Below are positions 9,730 to 19,199 of a stretch of DNA of 64,000 nucleotides, in pieces. The notes below the pieces were generated by a model, which was given only the letters and a program-made list of their open reading frames with translations, did not search any database and was not told where the DNA came from. The stretch spans positions 10,079 to 74,078 of the forward strand of contig JAKSBQ010000390.1 of the NCBI GenBank assembly GCA_022361075.1, read 5' to 3'. A program made the position numbers and the translations under genes. Numbering within the stretch: position 1 is the first letter of the stretch; each line of letters opens with the position of its first letter. The stretch is from Opitutales bacterium. GTDB taxonomy: Bacteria; Verrucomicrobiota; Verrucomicrobiia; Opitutales; JAFGAQ01.

Positions 9730-10770
9730 TCAGGTGTTGGACCCGATCACGTCCACGTTTGAAGTGCGGGCGTTGATCTGATCAATGCGCTGACGCGCAA
9801 GCTCAGCAGTCTCAGAATTTGGTGCTACCGTAATTGTCTCGTTATAGAGTGCAAGCGCAGCAGTTTCGTTATGAATATGACGCAAATAATATTCGCCCAT
9901 CTGATACTTACTTTGAGCGTAGATTTCATTGACTTCACGCAACCCATCTTCCGCCTCTGTGACGAGTTGAGAGTCTGGGTAGAGGATCAGAAAATCTTCA
10001 TAATAGCTGATCGCTTCACGAGTAGACCCTTGGTCGTAGCCCGGACCTTCAATCAAATCAGAAAATACCTCAGCAAGGAGGAAATAAGCATCTGGAGTCA
10101 ACTCGTGCCCCGGATAAAAATTAATGAGCTGATCCAATGCATCGATCGCGATTGCTTCTTTGCCTAGGTCTTTCGCGATAAGCGCGATATTCATCAAAGA
10201 TAGCGGCGCATAGTCGCTGTAAGGAGCGTTCCGACTGATTACTTGGAAAAATTGAATGGCCCTTTGATAGTAGCGGAATAGCGGAATAGTTCCCCAGATC
10301 TTTTCACGATCACCTTCCATGATTCGAGTCGCTAGTTCAAACTGGGCGCCAATCACTTGATCGAAACCTTCATACTCAGGGTAAAGCAAAATGATGTTTT
10401 GATACATCCCAAATGCCTTTTTGAACTTATGCTCAGATTCATAGATCTTCGCCCAATTAAACAATGCCCTGGGTGCAACCGCTGTATAGGTATATTCTTT
10501 CGAAATATCCTCGAATACCTCCGATGCTTTCCCCGTTTTTCCAGCAAATGCTAAATCCTGAGCCTTTTTAAACATCTCCTGGGCAATTGCTTGCTCCTCC
10601 GGGGATGCCATGTAGGACTGTCTTCTTCTTTCTTTACCGTCGTCACCTCTAAACCACTGTAGGGGATTCCACGAGATCGCTTCCATCTGGAGAGTAGCCA
10701 GAACGAAAAAACAAAGAGCGAAGAGAAGACCTTTCGGATTTTTGTTTAAAGGAATCATTTTTCTATTCAT
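9730..10770 (-). CDS. TPR-type outer membrane assembly factor, BamD/YfiO-like
   Basis: Signal sequence followed by TPR-like helices. The C-terminal part (YDQGSTREAISYYEDFLILYPDS...AQSKYQMGEYYLRH...YNETITVAPNSETAELA) resembles the BamD pattern. Confidence 0.55.
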   Translation of the reverse strand: MNRKMIPLNKNPKGLLFALCFFVLATLQMEAISWNPLQWFRGDDGKERRRQSYMASPEEQAIAQEMFKKAQDLAFAGKTGKASEVFEDISKEYTYTAVAPRALFNWAKIYESEHKFKKAFGMYQNIILLYPEYEGFDQVIGAQFELATRIMEGDREKIWGTIPLFRYYQRAIQFFQVISRNAPYSDYAPLSLMNIALIAKDLGKEAIAIDALDQLINFYPGHELTPDAYFLLAEVFSDLIEGPGYDQGSTREAISYYEDFLILYPDSQLVTEAEDGLREVNEIYAQSKYQMGEYYLRHIHNETAALALYNETITVAPNSETAELARQRIDQINARTSNVDVIGSNT

Positions 10771-11764
10771 ACCATCTGATCACAGATGCCGCCCAAGTCA
10801 ATCCTGCACCAAAGGCAACTAATAGAATGGGATCTCCTTTTTTGAAATTTCGTTCAATTTTCGCTTCATCAAGTGCAATCGGGATCGATGCGGCTGAGGT
10901 ATTCCCGTATTTCTGGATGTTTACAAACATACGATCATCCGAAAGCTGTAATGATTTAGCAATCGCCTCAATGATACGAATATTTGCCTGGTGAGGGACG
11001 ATACACTTCAGTTCAGAGGGATCGATTCCATGCTTCTCCAAAATATCGGTCGCCGCTTGCGCCATTCCGCGTACAGCCACCTTAAACACTTCCCGTCCGT
11101 TCATCCGGAGATAGTGCTCTCGGGCTTCAACCGTTTCAATAGAAGCAGGCCTCGCAGAACCTCCCGCTGGGATCTGGATCAAAGGTGCGTTGCCACCATC
11201 TGCACCCAGTTTACATCCCAAAATTCCGAGACCTTCCCCATCAGTCTTCGACAATACTGCAGCGCCCGCACCGTCACCAAACAAAATACAAGTCGTACGA
11301 TCTTCGTAATCCGTATAAGAAGTAAGCTTCTCCACGCCGATCACAAGGGCGTTCTCATACTCACCGTTGAGCATCATGGATTTTCCTACTTCCAAAGAAT
11401 AGAGAAACCCGCTGCAAGCTGCATTTAAATCAAAACTCGGCACCGCTCGACAGCCCAACTTCTCTTGAATGATACATGAAGTGGCTGGCGAAATCATTTC
11501 AGAGCTAAGGGTAGCGACTATGATCAAATCAATCTCCTCAGCTTTTACCCCGGCTGAATCCAATGCCTTCTGAGCAGCTGCACGGCCCAATTCGCTAACC
11601 TGCAAGTCTTTTCCGGCTATTCGGCGCTCTTTGATCCCAGTTCTCGTTGTGATCCACTCATCATCCGTATCAACAATCTTTGAAAGATCTTTGTTGGTTA
11701 ACTTTTGTTGCGGAACTGAAGATCCAATGCCGCGGATTACAATAGATTTGGTATTCGAATTCAT
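10763..11764 (-). CDS. fabH: 3-oxoacyl-ACP synthase III
   Basis: Active-site context AACSGF, HQANIRI and GNTSAASIP. It lies in the classic rpmF-plsX-fabH order. Confidence 0.93.
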   Translation of the reverse strand: MNSNTKSIVIRGIGSSVPQQKLTNKDLSKIVDTDDEWITTRTGIKERRIAGKDLQVSELGRAAAQKALDSAGVKAEEIDLIIVATLSSEMISPATSCIIQEKLGCRAVPSFDLNAACSGFLYSLEVGKSMMLNGEYENALVIGVEKLTSYTDYEDRTTCILFGDGAGAAVLSKTDGEGLGILGCKLGADGGNAPLIQIPAGGSARPASIETVEAREHYLRMNGREVFKVAVRGMAQAATDILEKHGIDPSELKCIVPHQANIRIIEAIAKSLQLSDDRMFVNIQKYGNTSAASIPIALDEAKIERNFKKGDPILLVAFGAGLTWAASVIRWYE

Positions 11765-11917
11765 CCCATCTAAAGAGCCTGTCAGAGTTACGTTTGTTTA
11801 CCTGATAGCGTCTGATTCAATAATGTTGTTTATGTTTAAGAGGGAAAAACAATCTGCAATCAACCCTTAAAATCAGGTGTAGATTAGTGCTTAGCGATCA
11901 GCATTTGGGCCCAGAGA

Positions 11918-12973
11918 CTAGCCCTGTTTCGCCAGCAATTCGTTAACTTTTGTGATATCCTCAAGAATGTGAGCTGTTAAATCGTGTTCAATGACATTGA
12001 GAGCGATCTTGATTCCTCCGGCTATCGCGTAACGATCCGAACCACCGTGAGCTTTCAAGACCGGAGCCTTGAGTCCTAAAAACGGTGCGGAACCATACTC
12101 ATCCGGGTTAAAGTGGTCTTTCATCCCCTTAAAAGCCCCTTTCGCTAACAAAGCACCTACCTGACGAACGGGAGATTTCTTAAGTTCTTTCTTGAGGTAA
12201 TAACTGATGACTTTGAACAACGATTCGCAGGATTTAAGCACCGCATTTCCCACAAACCCATCACAAACAATCACTTCAACATCGCCGTCAAACAAATGAT
12301 ACCCCTCGACTAAACCTTCGTAGCCGATAGCGGTTCCAACTGACTTCAAAAGCTCGTGCGCTTGTTGAATCTTCTCCCCACCTTTGCCTTCTTCGGTGCC
12401 AATAGTCAAAAGCCCGATCCTTGGATTTTCCACTCCTAGAACTATCTTTGCGAAATTCGCTCCCAAGACTGCGTTGTGAACAAAATGGATTGGGTTTGGG
12501 TCAGGATTCGCACCGGAATCAATCAACACAGTAAACTTTTCTTTACCTGGAATAATCGTGGCCAACGCAGGTCTTTCTACACCGTCAAGAGGTCGGATTT
12601 TAATCGTTCCCGCACCCATCAACGCACCGGTATTGCCGCAACTCAAAATCGCTTTTGCCTGACCTTCTTTGACGAGATTCAAGGCGATCAACATGGAAGA
12701 CTTACCCTTCTTCTTGATGGCCTGCATGGGTTTTTCATCCATACCAATCACGTCTTCCGCATGAACTACTCGAATGCGGGGGTCATCTTTCAAACCAACC
12801 GATTCCAAGGCAGGTAATAGCTCAGTTTCTCTACCGACCACGAGTATAGGGTCTTTTAGTTTCTCATCCGGAACGGATGTTAATGCTAATTTGAGTCCTT
12901 CAACAGACTCCGCTACACCCAAATCGCCCCCCATCGCATCAAGGGCAAGACCTCCCGATAGTTCCTCACTCAT
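11918..12973 (-). CDS. plsX: phosphate acyltransferase PlsX
   Basis: LALDAMGGDLG N-terminal motif and a full-length PlsX-like sequence. I moved the start to ATG 12973, because the ORF-track start at 12997 is a TTG inside a hairpin loop. Confidence 0.9.
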   Translation of the reverse strand: MSEELSGGLALDAMGGDLGVAESVEGLKLALTSVPDEKLKDPILVVGRETELLPALESVGLKDDPRIRVVHAEDVIGMDEKPMQAIKKKGKSSMLIALNLVKEGQAKAILSCGNTGALMGAGTIKIRPLDGVERPALATIIPGKEKFTVLIDSGANPDPNPIHFVHNAVLGANFAKIVLGVENPRIGLLTIGTEEGKGGEKIQQAHELLKSVGTAIGYEGLVEGYHLFDGDVEVIVCDGFVGNAVLKSCESLFKVISYYLKKELKKSPVRQVGALLAKGAFKGMKDHFNPDEYGSAPFLGLKAPVLKAHGGSDRYAIAGGIKIALNVIEHDLTAHILEDITKVNELLAKQG

Positions 12974-12977
12974 GGAT

Positions 12978-13006
12978 AAAAAAAAATGCCCGAACAAACT
13001 CGGGCA
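12978..13006 (-). terminator. intrinsic terminator between rpmF and plsX
   Basis: The minus strand reads TGCCCGA GTTTGT TCGGGCA followed by a T9 run (rc of A-run 12978-12986). The plsX ATG follows 4 nt later. Confidence 0.65.
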
Positions 13007-13021
13007 CTCAAAAAAGAAGTT

Positions 13022-13201
13022 TTATACCTCAGTTTCTACAACCTGACGACCCCGATACATTCCGTTCGCAGGATTCACACGATGCGGTCTGAAAAGTGTA
13101 TCATCTGTAGGATCCTTCGCAAGAAGGGGTGCTGCAAACTGATTTGCTCCTCTTCTTTTGCGGCTTCTGGATTTTGACTGTTTTCTCTTTGGTTGACCCA
13201 T
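13022..13201 (-). CDS. rpmF: 50S ribosomal protein L32
   Basis: MGQPKRKQSKSRSRKRRG start typical of L32. I trimmed the ORF-track 83-aa form to ATG 13201. Confidence 0.9.
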   Translation of the reverse strand: MGQPKRKQSKSRSRKRRGANQFAAPLLAKDPTDDTLFRPHRVNPANGMYRGRQVVETEV

Positions 13202-13279
13202 GATATTACCCTTTCGTAGTGGGTTGTTTTCTGAAAAAAAGGAAGAGAATACATTCCTCCTTGGCTTCGTCAAGTACGA

Positions 13280-14278
13280 TTAAACTCCAAATACATATAA
13301 AATTACTGCCGCCAAAATGAGTCGATAGTAAGCAAACACGTAGAGTCCGTGTTTGGATAAAAAGTTTACGAACCATTTCACGGCAACAAATGCTACCAAT
13401 GTCGCCACAACCAGCCCCAGAATCATGGGCCCCACTTCAAGCTGCGTGGTCATGACCTCCCAGGAACCCAGCAAGCTGTAAACCGAAGCTGCAGTCAGTG
13501 TCAAAAGCCCGAGCATGAAGCTAAACTCGGCGGCTGCTTTTGCCTCCATATTCGATAGATATCCAGCCACGATCGTCACCATTGATCGGCTCATCCCCGG
13601 CCACATCGCAAGGCACTGCATAAATCCAATGAAAAGGGAAGATTTGAAGCTCAAATCCTCAATGTTGCTAATTCTTAGTGTTTTGCTGTCGCTCCCATCT
13701 GCTGCTCGTTGCTTCTTTCGATAGTTTCGTTCCATCCAAATCATCGCAATGGCACCGATAGCCAACGCAACACTCACCGCCTGTGGGTTAAATAATTTCG
13801 ATTCGATAATATCGTTCAGCAGTGGTCCCAAAATTGCGGCTGGTAGAAATGCAACCAACACTTTGAGTCCCAAAGCGAGCCCTCGAGGGTTTCGACCTAC
13901 CAATCCCATCAAAATCGCCAAGATTTTTTCCCAATAAACTAGGATCACAGCCAGGATCGCTCCTCCCTGAATCACGATGAGGTAGGCATTCCTCGCTTCC
14001 TGCTTCTGCGATTGATCGAAGTTCGTCTCCGACTCATTTCGATCAAAAAACCGATCTGTGAGAATCAGATGACCCGTCGAAGAAATCGGAAGGTACTCTG
14101 TCAATCCCTCAACCACTCCCAAGATAAACGACTCCGTATAAGATAAACCGCTGACTTCTTCAGTTTCAGAACGAGAGGAAGGGGAACCATCTGTAGGTTG
14201 TCCCTCATCATCAGCTTCAAGAACGAGGGACCCCAACCCAAAAAGAACGAGAGGAAAAATTAGTTTTTTTAGTTTCAT
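13280..14278 (-). CDS. uppP: undecaprenyl-diphosphate phosphatase with N-terminal extension
   Basis: VEGLTEYLPISSTGHLIL motif and a multi-TM BacA-like body. I chose the start at ATG 14278 (MKLKKLIFPLVLFGLGSLVLEA). Confidence 0.85.
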   Translation of the reverse strand: MKLKKLIFPLVLFGLGSLVLEADDEGQPTDGSPSSRSETEEVSGLSYTESFILGVVEGLTEYLPISSTGHLILTDRFFDRNESETNFDQSQKQEARNAYLIVIQGGAILAVILVYWEKILAILMGLVGRNPRGLALGLKVLVAFLPAAILGPLLNDIIESKLFNPQAVSVALAIGAIAMIWMERNYRKKQRAADGSDSKTLRISNIEDLSFKSSLFIGFMQCLAMWPGMSRSMVTIVAGYLSNMEAKAAAEFSFMLGLLTLTAASVYSLLGSWEVMTTQLEVGPMILGLVVATLVAFVAVKWFVNFLSKHGLYVFAYYRLILAAVILYVFGV

Positions 14279-14344
14279 GGGAATGATTGTCAGTTGAGAA
14301 CCCATATAGTTGACATTGTCAAGTCAGAGGCAATCCTCTCAGGC

Positions 14345-15415
14345 ATGGACCCGTCCATTTTCGAATCCCATCTCAACGAGCTTTCCAACAAACTTCAAAA
14401 CTTCAAAAATCTGGACAAAGATGAAGTCTTGAACGCTGGACACGCCCTCATATCCGAGGAATGTCCAGACCCCGCAAAAGAAACCTTCTTGTCCTCATGG
14501 CAGCGAAAGGGTGAAACTCCTGAAGAAGTCAGTGTACTAGCCTCTTTGTTCCGCGAAAAAGCAAGAAATCCGGAATTGCACGATTTTTCGGAACGAGCCA
14601 TCGATATCGTTGGTACCGGAGGGGACAAAGCCGGAACTTTCAATCTCTCGACCACTACCGCCCTCGTAGTAGCCGCAGCTGGAGTTCCTGTAATCAAACA
14701 CGGCAATCGCTCCATCACCTCGAAGACGGGAAGTGCCGACCTCCTGGAGTCACTAGAAGTGCCACTCCAGGCAAATAATAGTCTCCTAAGAAAATCTATC
14801 GAAGAAAGGAACTTCTGTTTTCTTTTTGCACCCGGATTTCATCCTGCATTTAAAGCGATCATGCCCGTTCGTAAAGCAATGGCAGCTAGAGGCGAAAAAA
14901 CTGTTTTTAATATTCTCGGTCCGTTGATCAATCCTGCTCAGCCCAAATATGAACTTATGGGTGTGTTTTCCCAACAGTGGGTCGATCCTCTAGCTGAAGT
15001 GCTTACTTCGCTTGGACTAAAAAGGGGATTAGTCGCACACAGCCAAATCGACGGACAGGATCTTGATGAAATCTCTGCACTTGGAGGCACTCATTTGTCA
15101 GGCGTGGGTGGTATCACCGAAAGTGAAGTGAATGAGATCCAGTCGATCATCGATCAAGGTAGAGTGGGTTCACTCCATGATCTCAAAGGTGGAGACTCGG
15201 AAACCAATCAAGCGATCTTCCGAGCGATCTTAAACAATCAGGCAAATGAAGCGTTAACCGCCACCATTACTCTGAATGCAGGCATCGCACTTTGGATAGC
15301 TGAAAAAGCAACGACTGTTTCAGAAGGGATTTCTCTAACGGACGATTTAATAAAATCTGGAGTCTTCAAGAAATGGGTCCAGGAAACCAAAGAGTTTTTC
15401 AAAAATGTCGCTTAA
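14345..15415 (+). CDS. trpD: anthranilate phosphoribosyltransferase
   Basis: DIVGTGGDKAGTFNLSTTTALVVAAAGVPVIKHGNRSITSKTGSADLLE. I preferred ATG 14345, which avoids overlap with the divergent uppP. No other trp genes are nearby. Confidence 0.85.
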   Translation: MDPSIFESHLNELSNKLQNFKNLDKDEVLNAGHALISEECPDPAKETFLSSWQRKGETPEEVSVLASLFREKARNPELHDFSERAIDIVGTGGDKAGTFNLSTTTALVVAAAGVPVIKHGNRSITSKTGSADLLESLEVPLQANNSLLRKSIEERNFCFLFAPGFHPAFKAIMPVRKAMAARGEKTVFNILGPLINPAQPKYELMGVFSQQWVDPLAEVLTSLGLKRGLVAHSQIDGQDLDEISALGGTHLSGVGGITESEVNEIQSIIDQGRVGSLHDLKGGDSETNQAIFRAILNNQANEALTATITLNAGIALWIAEKATTVSEGISLTDDLIKSGVFKKWVQETKEFFKNVA

Positions 15416-16754
15416 ATATTTTGGAACTGACGGTATTAGAGGAAGTTATGGAAAAGACCCCATCTCGGAATTATTCGCAGAGAAGGTTGCCTTGGGTCTT
15501 TCCCAATACCTCCTAGATCGTCATGGGAAAAGTCCTTTAGTTGCGATTGGCAGGGACACTCGAGAGTCTGGTGTCTCGTTGAAAGATGCCTTCGCCAAGA
15601 CTTTTTCCCGATGCGGAATACAAGTGCTCGATTTGGGAGTAGTTCCCACGCCAGTGGTATCGTTTGCAGTCACTGCGCATCAAGCAACACTTGGTGTGGC
15701 CATAACCGCCTCGCACAACCCTGCGTGCGACAACGGTTTTAAGCTATTCAACGCATCAGGCACCAAATTCACTCCGGAAGATGAAGCAGAGTTCGAGTTG
15801 CTGATCGATCAATCTCCTTCCATCCCCGACTCCTCCTCGAAAATCGCTGAGGACAACGGTAAAACCGGAGATCTTTACCTCAAACATTTGAAAGCCAATT
15901 TTTCGGACCTGAATCTCAATGGGCTCAAAATTGCCGTCGATACCGCAAACGGTGCGACGACCGGCTGGACACCACGACTTCTGAAAAGTTTGGGAGCAGA
16001 CGTCATTCAAATCGGTGATCAACCAGACGGGCAAAACATCAATGATGGAGTTGGAAGCGAGTGTCCGGATATTCTATCTAAAGTGACGGTAGAAAATGCC
16101 TGTGACCTCGGTATCGCGCACGACGGAGACGGTGACCGAGCGGTTTGGGTCGACGAGAGTGGGCATTTGTTAACTGGTGAGAATTTCATGGCGATCATCG
16201 CCAAATACGGACCATCCAACAAAGTCTCAGCGGATCAACCTCTCATCACCACGGTTCAGAGTAATCTCGCGCTCGACTACGCAATCTCAGATCTGGGAGC
16301 AAAGCTCCATCGAACCTCGGTTGGAGATCGCAATCTGATTCATGCGATGAAAGAAACTGGGGGTAAATTTGGCGCTGAAAACTCCGGTCACTACATATTC
16401 ACAGACGTACTACCAACCGGAGACGGTCTGATCGCTACTCTAAAACTCCTACAAGTGCTCCAGATTCAAAATTCCAGGCTTTCGGCATTCGCTCGGGAGC
16501 TTAAACTCTACCCAAGTAGACTTCTGAGTTTGAAGGTGGCGGAAAAGAAACCGATCGAACAACTGTCTAATCTTCGCCAAGCCGAAGAAGATCTCGTAAA
16601 GAAAGTAGATGGAAAGGGGCGTGTGATGATCCGCTACTCCGGGACCGAGAACAAGATAAGGATCTTGCTTGAGTGTGAATCCGAATTACTTTTGGAAAAA
16701 GGTAGTGAGCGCTTACGCAAAGCAGCGGGCAAAGACCTAGAAATCCTCGTCTAA
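15405..16754 (+). CDS. glmM: phosphoglucosamine mutase
   Basis: YFGTDGIRG, the active-site loop TASHNPACDNGFK, and GDGDR. Confidence 0.92.
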   Translation: MSLKYFGTDGIRGSYGKDPISELFAEKVALGLSQYLLDRHGKSPLVAIGRDTRESGVSLKDAFAKTFSRCGIQVLDLGVVPTPVVSFAVTAHQATLGVAITASHNPACDNGFKLFNASGTKFTPEDEAEFELLIDQSPSIPDSSSKIAEDNGKTGDLYLKHLKANFSDLNLNGLKIAVDTANGATTGWTPRLLKSLGADVIQIGDQPDGQNINDGVGSECPDILSKVTVENACDLGIAHDGDGDRAVWVDESGHLLTGENFMAIIAKYGPSNKVSADQPLITTVQSNLALDYAISDLGAKLHRTSVGDRNLIHAMKETGGKFGAENSGHYIFTDVLPTGDGLIATLKLLQVLQIQNSRLSAFARELKLYPSRLLSLKVAEKKPIEQLSNLRQAEEDLVKKVDGKGRVMIRYSGTENKIRILLECESELLLEKGSERLRKAAGKDLEILV

Positions 16755-16765
16755 AAAGTAGAAAA

Positions 16766-17368
16766 ATGTCAGAGCTCCCCTCAGCCGAAAAAAAGATTGA
16801 GCAACTGGATCCAAGAATCTCTGCTCAGTTTGACAAGGCATCAACGCAAAGAGATAAGGGGAATCTCGATTACACTATTTCACTTTGTGGAGAATGGATA
16901 AAAAAATATCCCCATGTTCTGGAATTCAGAAAACTCCTCAGAGATTGCCAGATTAAGCAGTGTTATCCCAAAGGGGACTACTCCTCAGCCGGGAAGCCTT
17001 CACTCAAGTCACTCATGGGACAACTCTCATATCCCAGAAAAGACCCCCTAAAAACCATTTCTAGGTGTGAAAAAGTTTTGTCAGAAAATCCTCTGGATCT
17101 AAAAGCAAACGAGTTTCTGGCGAGAACCACCGAACAGCTAGGATGGAAGCAAACTGCAATCTTTGCTTGGCAGACTTTGCTTACAAATCCAAAGAGGAAG
17201 CCGGAACATGTCGTAGCTCTTGCCGAACTGATGATCTCCGAACAATCTCCCGAAATGGTCGGAAAGCTTTGCGAAACTTTCCTCAAAATTTTCCCAGGAA
17301 ACTCCTCTATAACCGAAGTCCGTAATCGAGCTTCGATTCAAAAATCACTCCAGGAAGTGGACTCCTAG
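16766..17368 (+). CDS. hypothetical helical (TPR-like) protein
   Basis: 200-aa ORF placed tightly after glmM (11-nt gap). It has no motif I recognise and looks like helical repeats. Confidence 0.5.
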   Translation: MSELPSAEKKIEQLDPRISAQFDKASTQRDKGNLDYTISLCGEWIKKYPHVLEFRKLLRDCQIKQCYPKGDYSSAGKPSLKSLMGQLSYPRKDPLKTISRCEKVLSENPLDLKANEFLARTTEQLGWKQTAIFAWQTLLTNPKRKPEHVVALAELMISEQSPEMVGKLCETFLKIFPGNSSITEVRNRASIQKSLQEVDS

Positions 17369-17384
17369 AATAAGGGTCAGCGAC

Positions 17385-19085
17385 CTAGATTCTAAAAACA
17401 CTTCCCAATTTTTTACCCAAAATACGGTTCGCTCCAAAGATAGTGAGAGCCAGAAAGAACATAGCCCAAACTCCTAGCGCACTCGCCACAAATCGACCAT
17501 CTCCCAGAAAACCCAAAAGCTCGTAGATTGCTTTGGTGATGGGGTAAAATTCCTGCTTCTGAGCAAGCATTAACGAATCAGACACCTCCAACATCGACTG
17601 GGAAAAAGCCAACATTCCACCAGCAATCAATGAGGCTGCAATCAGAGGAAAAGTGATCTTCCAAGCCGTCTTAAAGGGAGAGCAACCCATGTTTTGCGCC
17701 GCTTCTTCGTAAACCACACTACTTTGCTGTAGTCCGGCAACAGCCGATCTCACGACAAAGGGAAGCTTCCTTACTGCATACGCGATGATTAGTAAAAGCG
17801 TTGGATTTTGCACCGGATTCAGAGCCTCAAAAAGCTGACCTTTCTGCGTCATTGCCAAGTAACCGAATGCGATCACAATTCCGGGAACCGCTAACGGAAG
17901 CATCACACAAACATCTAGAAATTGTTTCCCTTTGATGTTAGATCTCACCAAGATGTAAGCGATCGCGATACCAAATGCGATGTTGAGCAAAGTCGCGAGA
18001 CTCGAATAGAGCAGGCTATTTTGGATCGAGGGAACGGTAAGTCCATTACCCAACGCCAATCGATAATTGTTTAACGTCAAGGACTCGGGGAAAACTGTAT
18101 CGAACCATCCGTTTGAAAAGGAAACCAGCAATAGGGTAAGGTGGGGCAAAAGGGCTACAAACGTCACACCAGCGAACAAGGAAAAACAAAGGGTCTGTCC
18201 CTTCCAGGACAGGTGTTTTGCACCTCCAGCATGACTTGCCTTTGACATCATGGCGTAAGCTCCTCCTCCCAGAAACTTCTTACCGATCAAGTATGCCAAC
18301 GCCGAAACAAAAAGCATGATCCCAACCATCGCGTAAGGGAATGGGTTGCCTCCGATTTCTTTGATCCCCTTAAAAATCTGCACTGAGATCACCCTGTCAT
18401 AGTCAAACACCAGAGGAACTCCAAGTTCGGTAAAGGACCAAATAAAAACAATCGTACAGCCTGCAAACATACCCGGGCGAACTAAAGGAAAAGTGATGTT
18501 CCAAAATTTCTTCCACCTGCTCGCTCCCAAATTCGAAGCGGCTTCTTCCATCGCAGGGTCAATCTGCGCGAAGGAAGCCAGAAGGTTAAGATACATGATC
18601 GGATACAGACTTAGTGCACTCAAAACAACCATACCCCAGAATCGACCTTCTCCCAGCCAATCGATGGTCTGACCGTCCTGCAAAATTCCCACAACCTCTA
18701 AAAATGAATTCAATACACCATACTGCCCCAAGATCTGGCGAATACCGATCGCACCTACAAAAGGAGGTAACATGATCGGAAGCAGGATAAGAGTGCTAAA
18801 AATTTTCTTCCCTAAAAAGTCGTATCGATCACTGACGTAAGCAAGGGGTGTCGCGATGATCAAAGAAACCAACGTTGTGAATGCTCCCAAGCCCAACGCA
18901 TTGATCAATCCGTCAAGGTAGATAGGATTTCGGAAAACTTCCGCAACGTAACTGAACGTAAAGCTGTTGGAGGCATCTAAAAAACCACCTTTGATCACGA
19001 TCAAAATTGGCCAGAAAAAGAAGCAACTAAAGCAAGCGAAAACAAGCAAAAGGAAGCCGTAGCTGAAGATGGTTCTGGATTTCAT
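17385..19085 (-). CDS. two-domain ABC transporter permease (iron(III)/FbpB-like)
   Basis: 566 aa with about 12 TM segments and two repeats of the binding-protein-dependent permease EAA-type loop (EEAASNLGASRWKKFWNITFP and EEAAQNMGCSPFKTAWKITFP). Confidence 0.8.
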   Translation of the reverse strand: MKSRTIFSYGFLLLVFACFSCFFFWPILIVIKGGFLDASNSFTFSYVAEVFRNPIYLDGLINALGLGAFTTLVSLIIATPLAYVSDRYDFLGKKIFSTLILLPIMLPPFVGAIGIRQILGQYGVLNSFLEVVGILQDGQTIDWLGEGRFWGMVVLSALSLYPIMYLNLLASFAQIDPAMEEAASNLGASRWKKFWNITFPLVRPGMFAGCTIVFIWSFTELGVPLVFDYDRVISVQIFKGIKEIGGNPFPYAMVGIMLFVSALAYLIGKKFLGGGAYAMMSKASHAGGAKHLSWKGQTLCFSLFAGVTFVALLPHLTLLLVSFSNGWFDTVFPESLTLNNYRLALGNGLTVPSIQNSLLYSSLATLLNIAFGIAIAYILVRSNIKGKQFLDVCVMLPLAVPGIVIAFGYLAMTQKGQLFEALNPVQNPTLLLIIAYAVRKLPFVVRSAVAGLQQSSVVYEEAAQNMGCSPFKTAWKITFPLIAASLIAGGMLAFSQSMLEVSDSLMLAQKQEFYPITKAIYELLGFLGDGRFVASALGVWAMFFLALTIFGANRILGKKLGSVFRI

Positions 19086-19199
19086 GATGGAATAGCAATT
19101 AAAACGCCGCGCAAATCTTGCAAAAGAAAATCAATTTTGACAAATCTAAGAAAGTTAGACCCAGAATTTCATTCCAAAACGATACGAATTACCGAGCCC

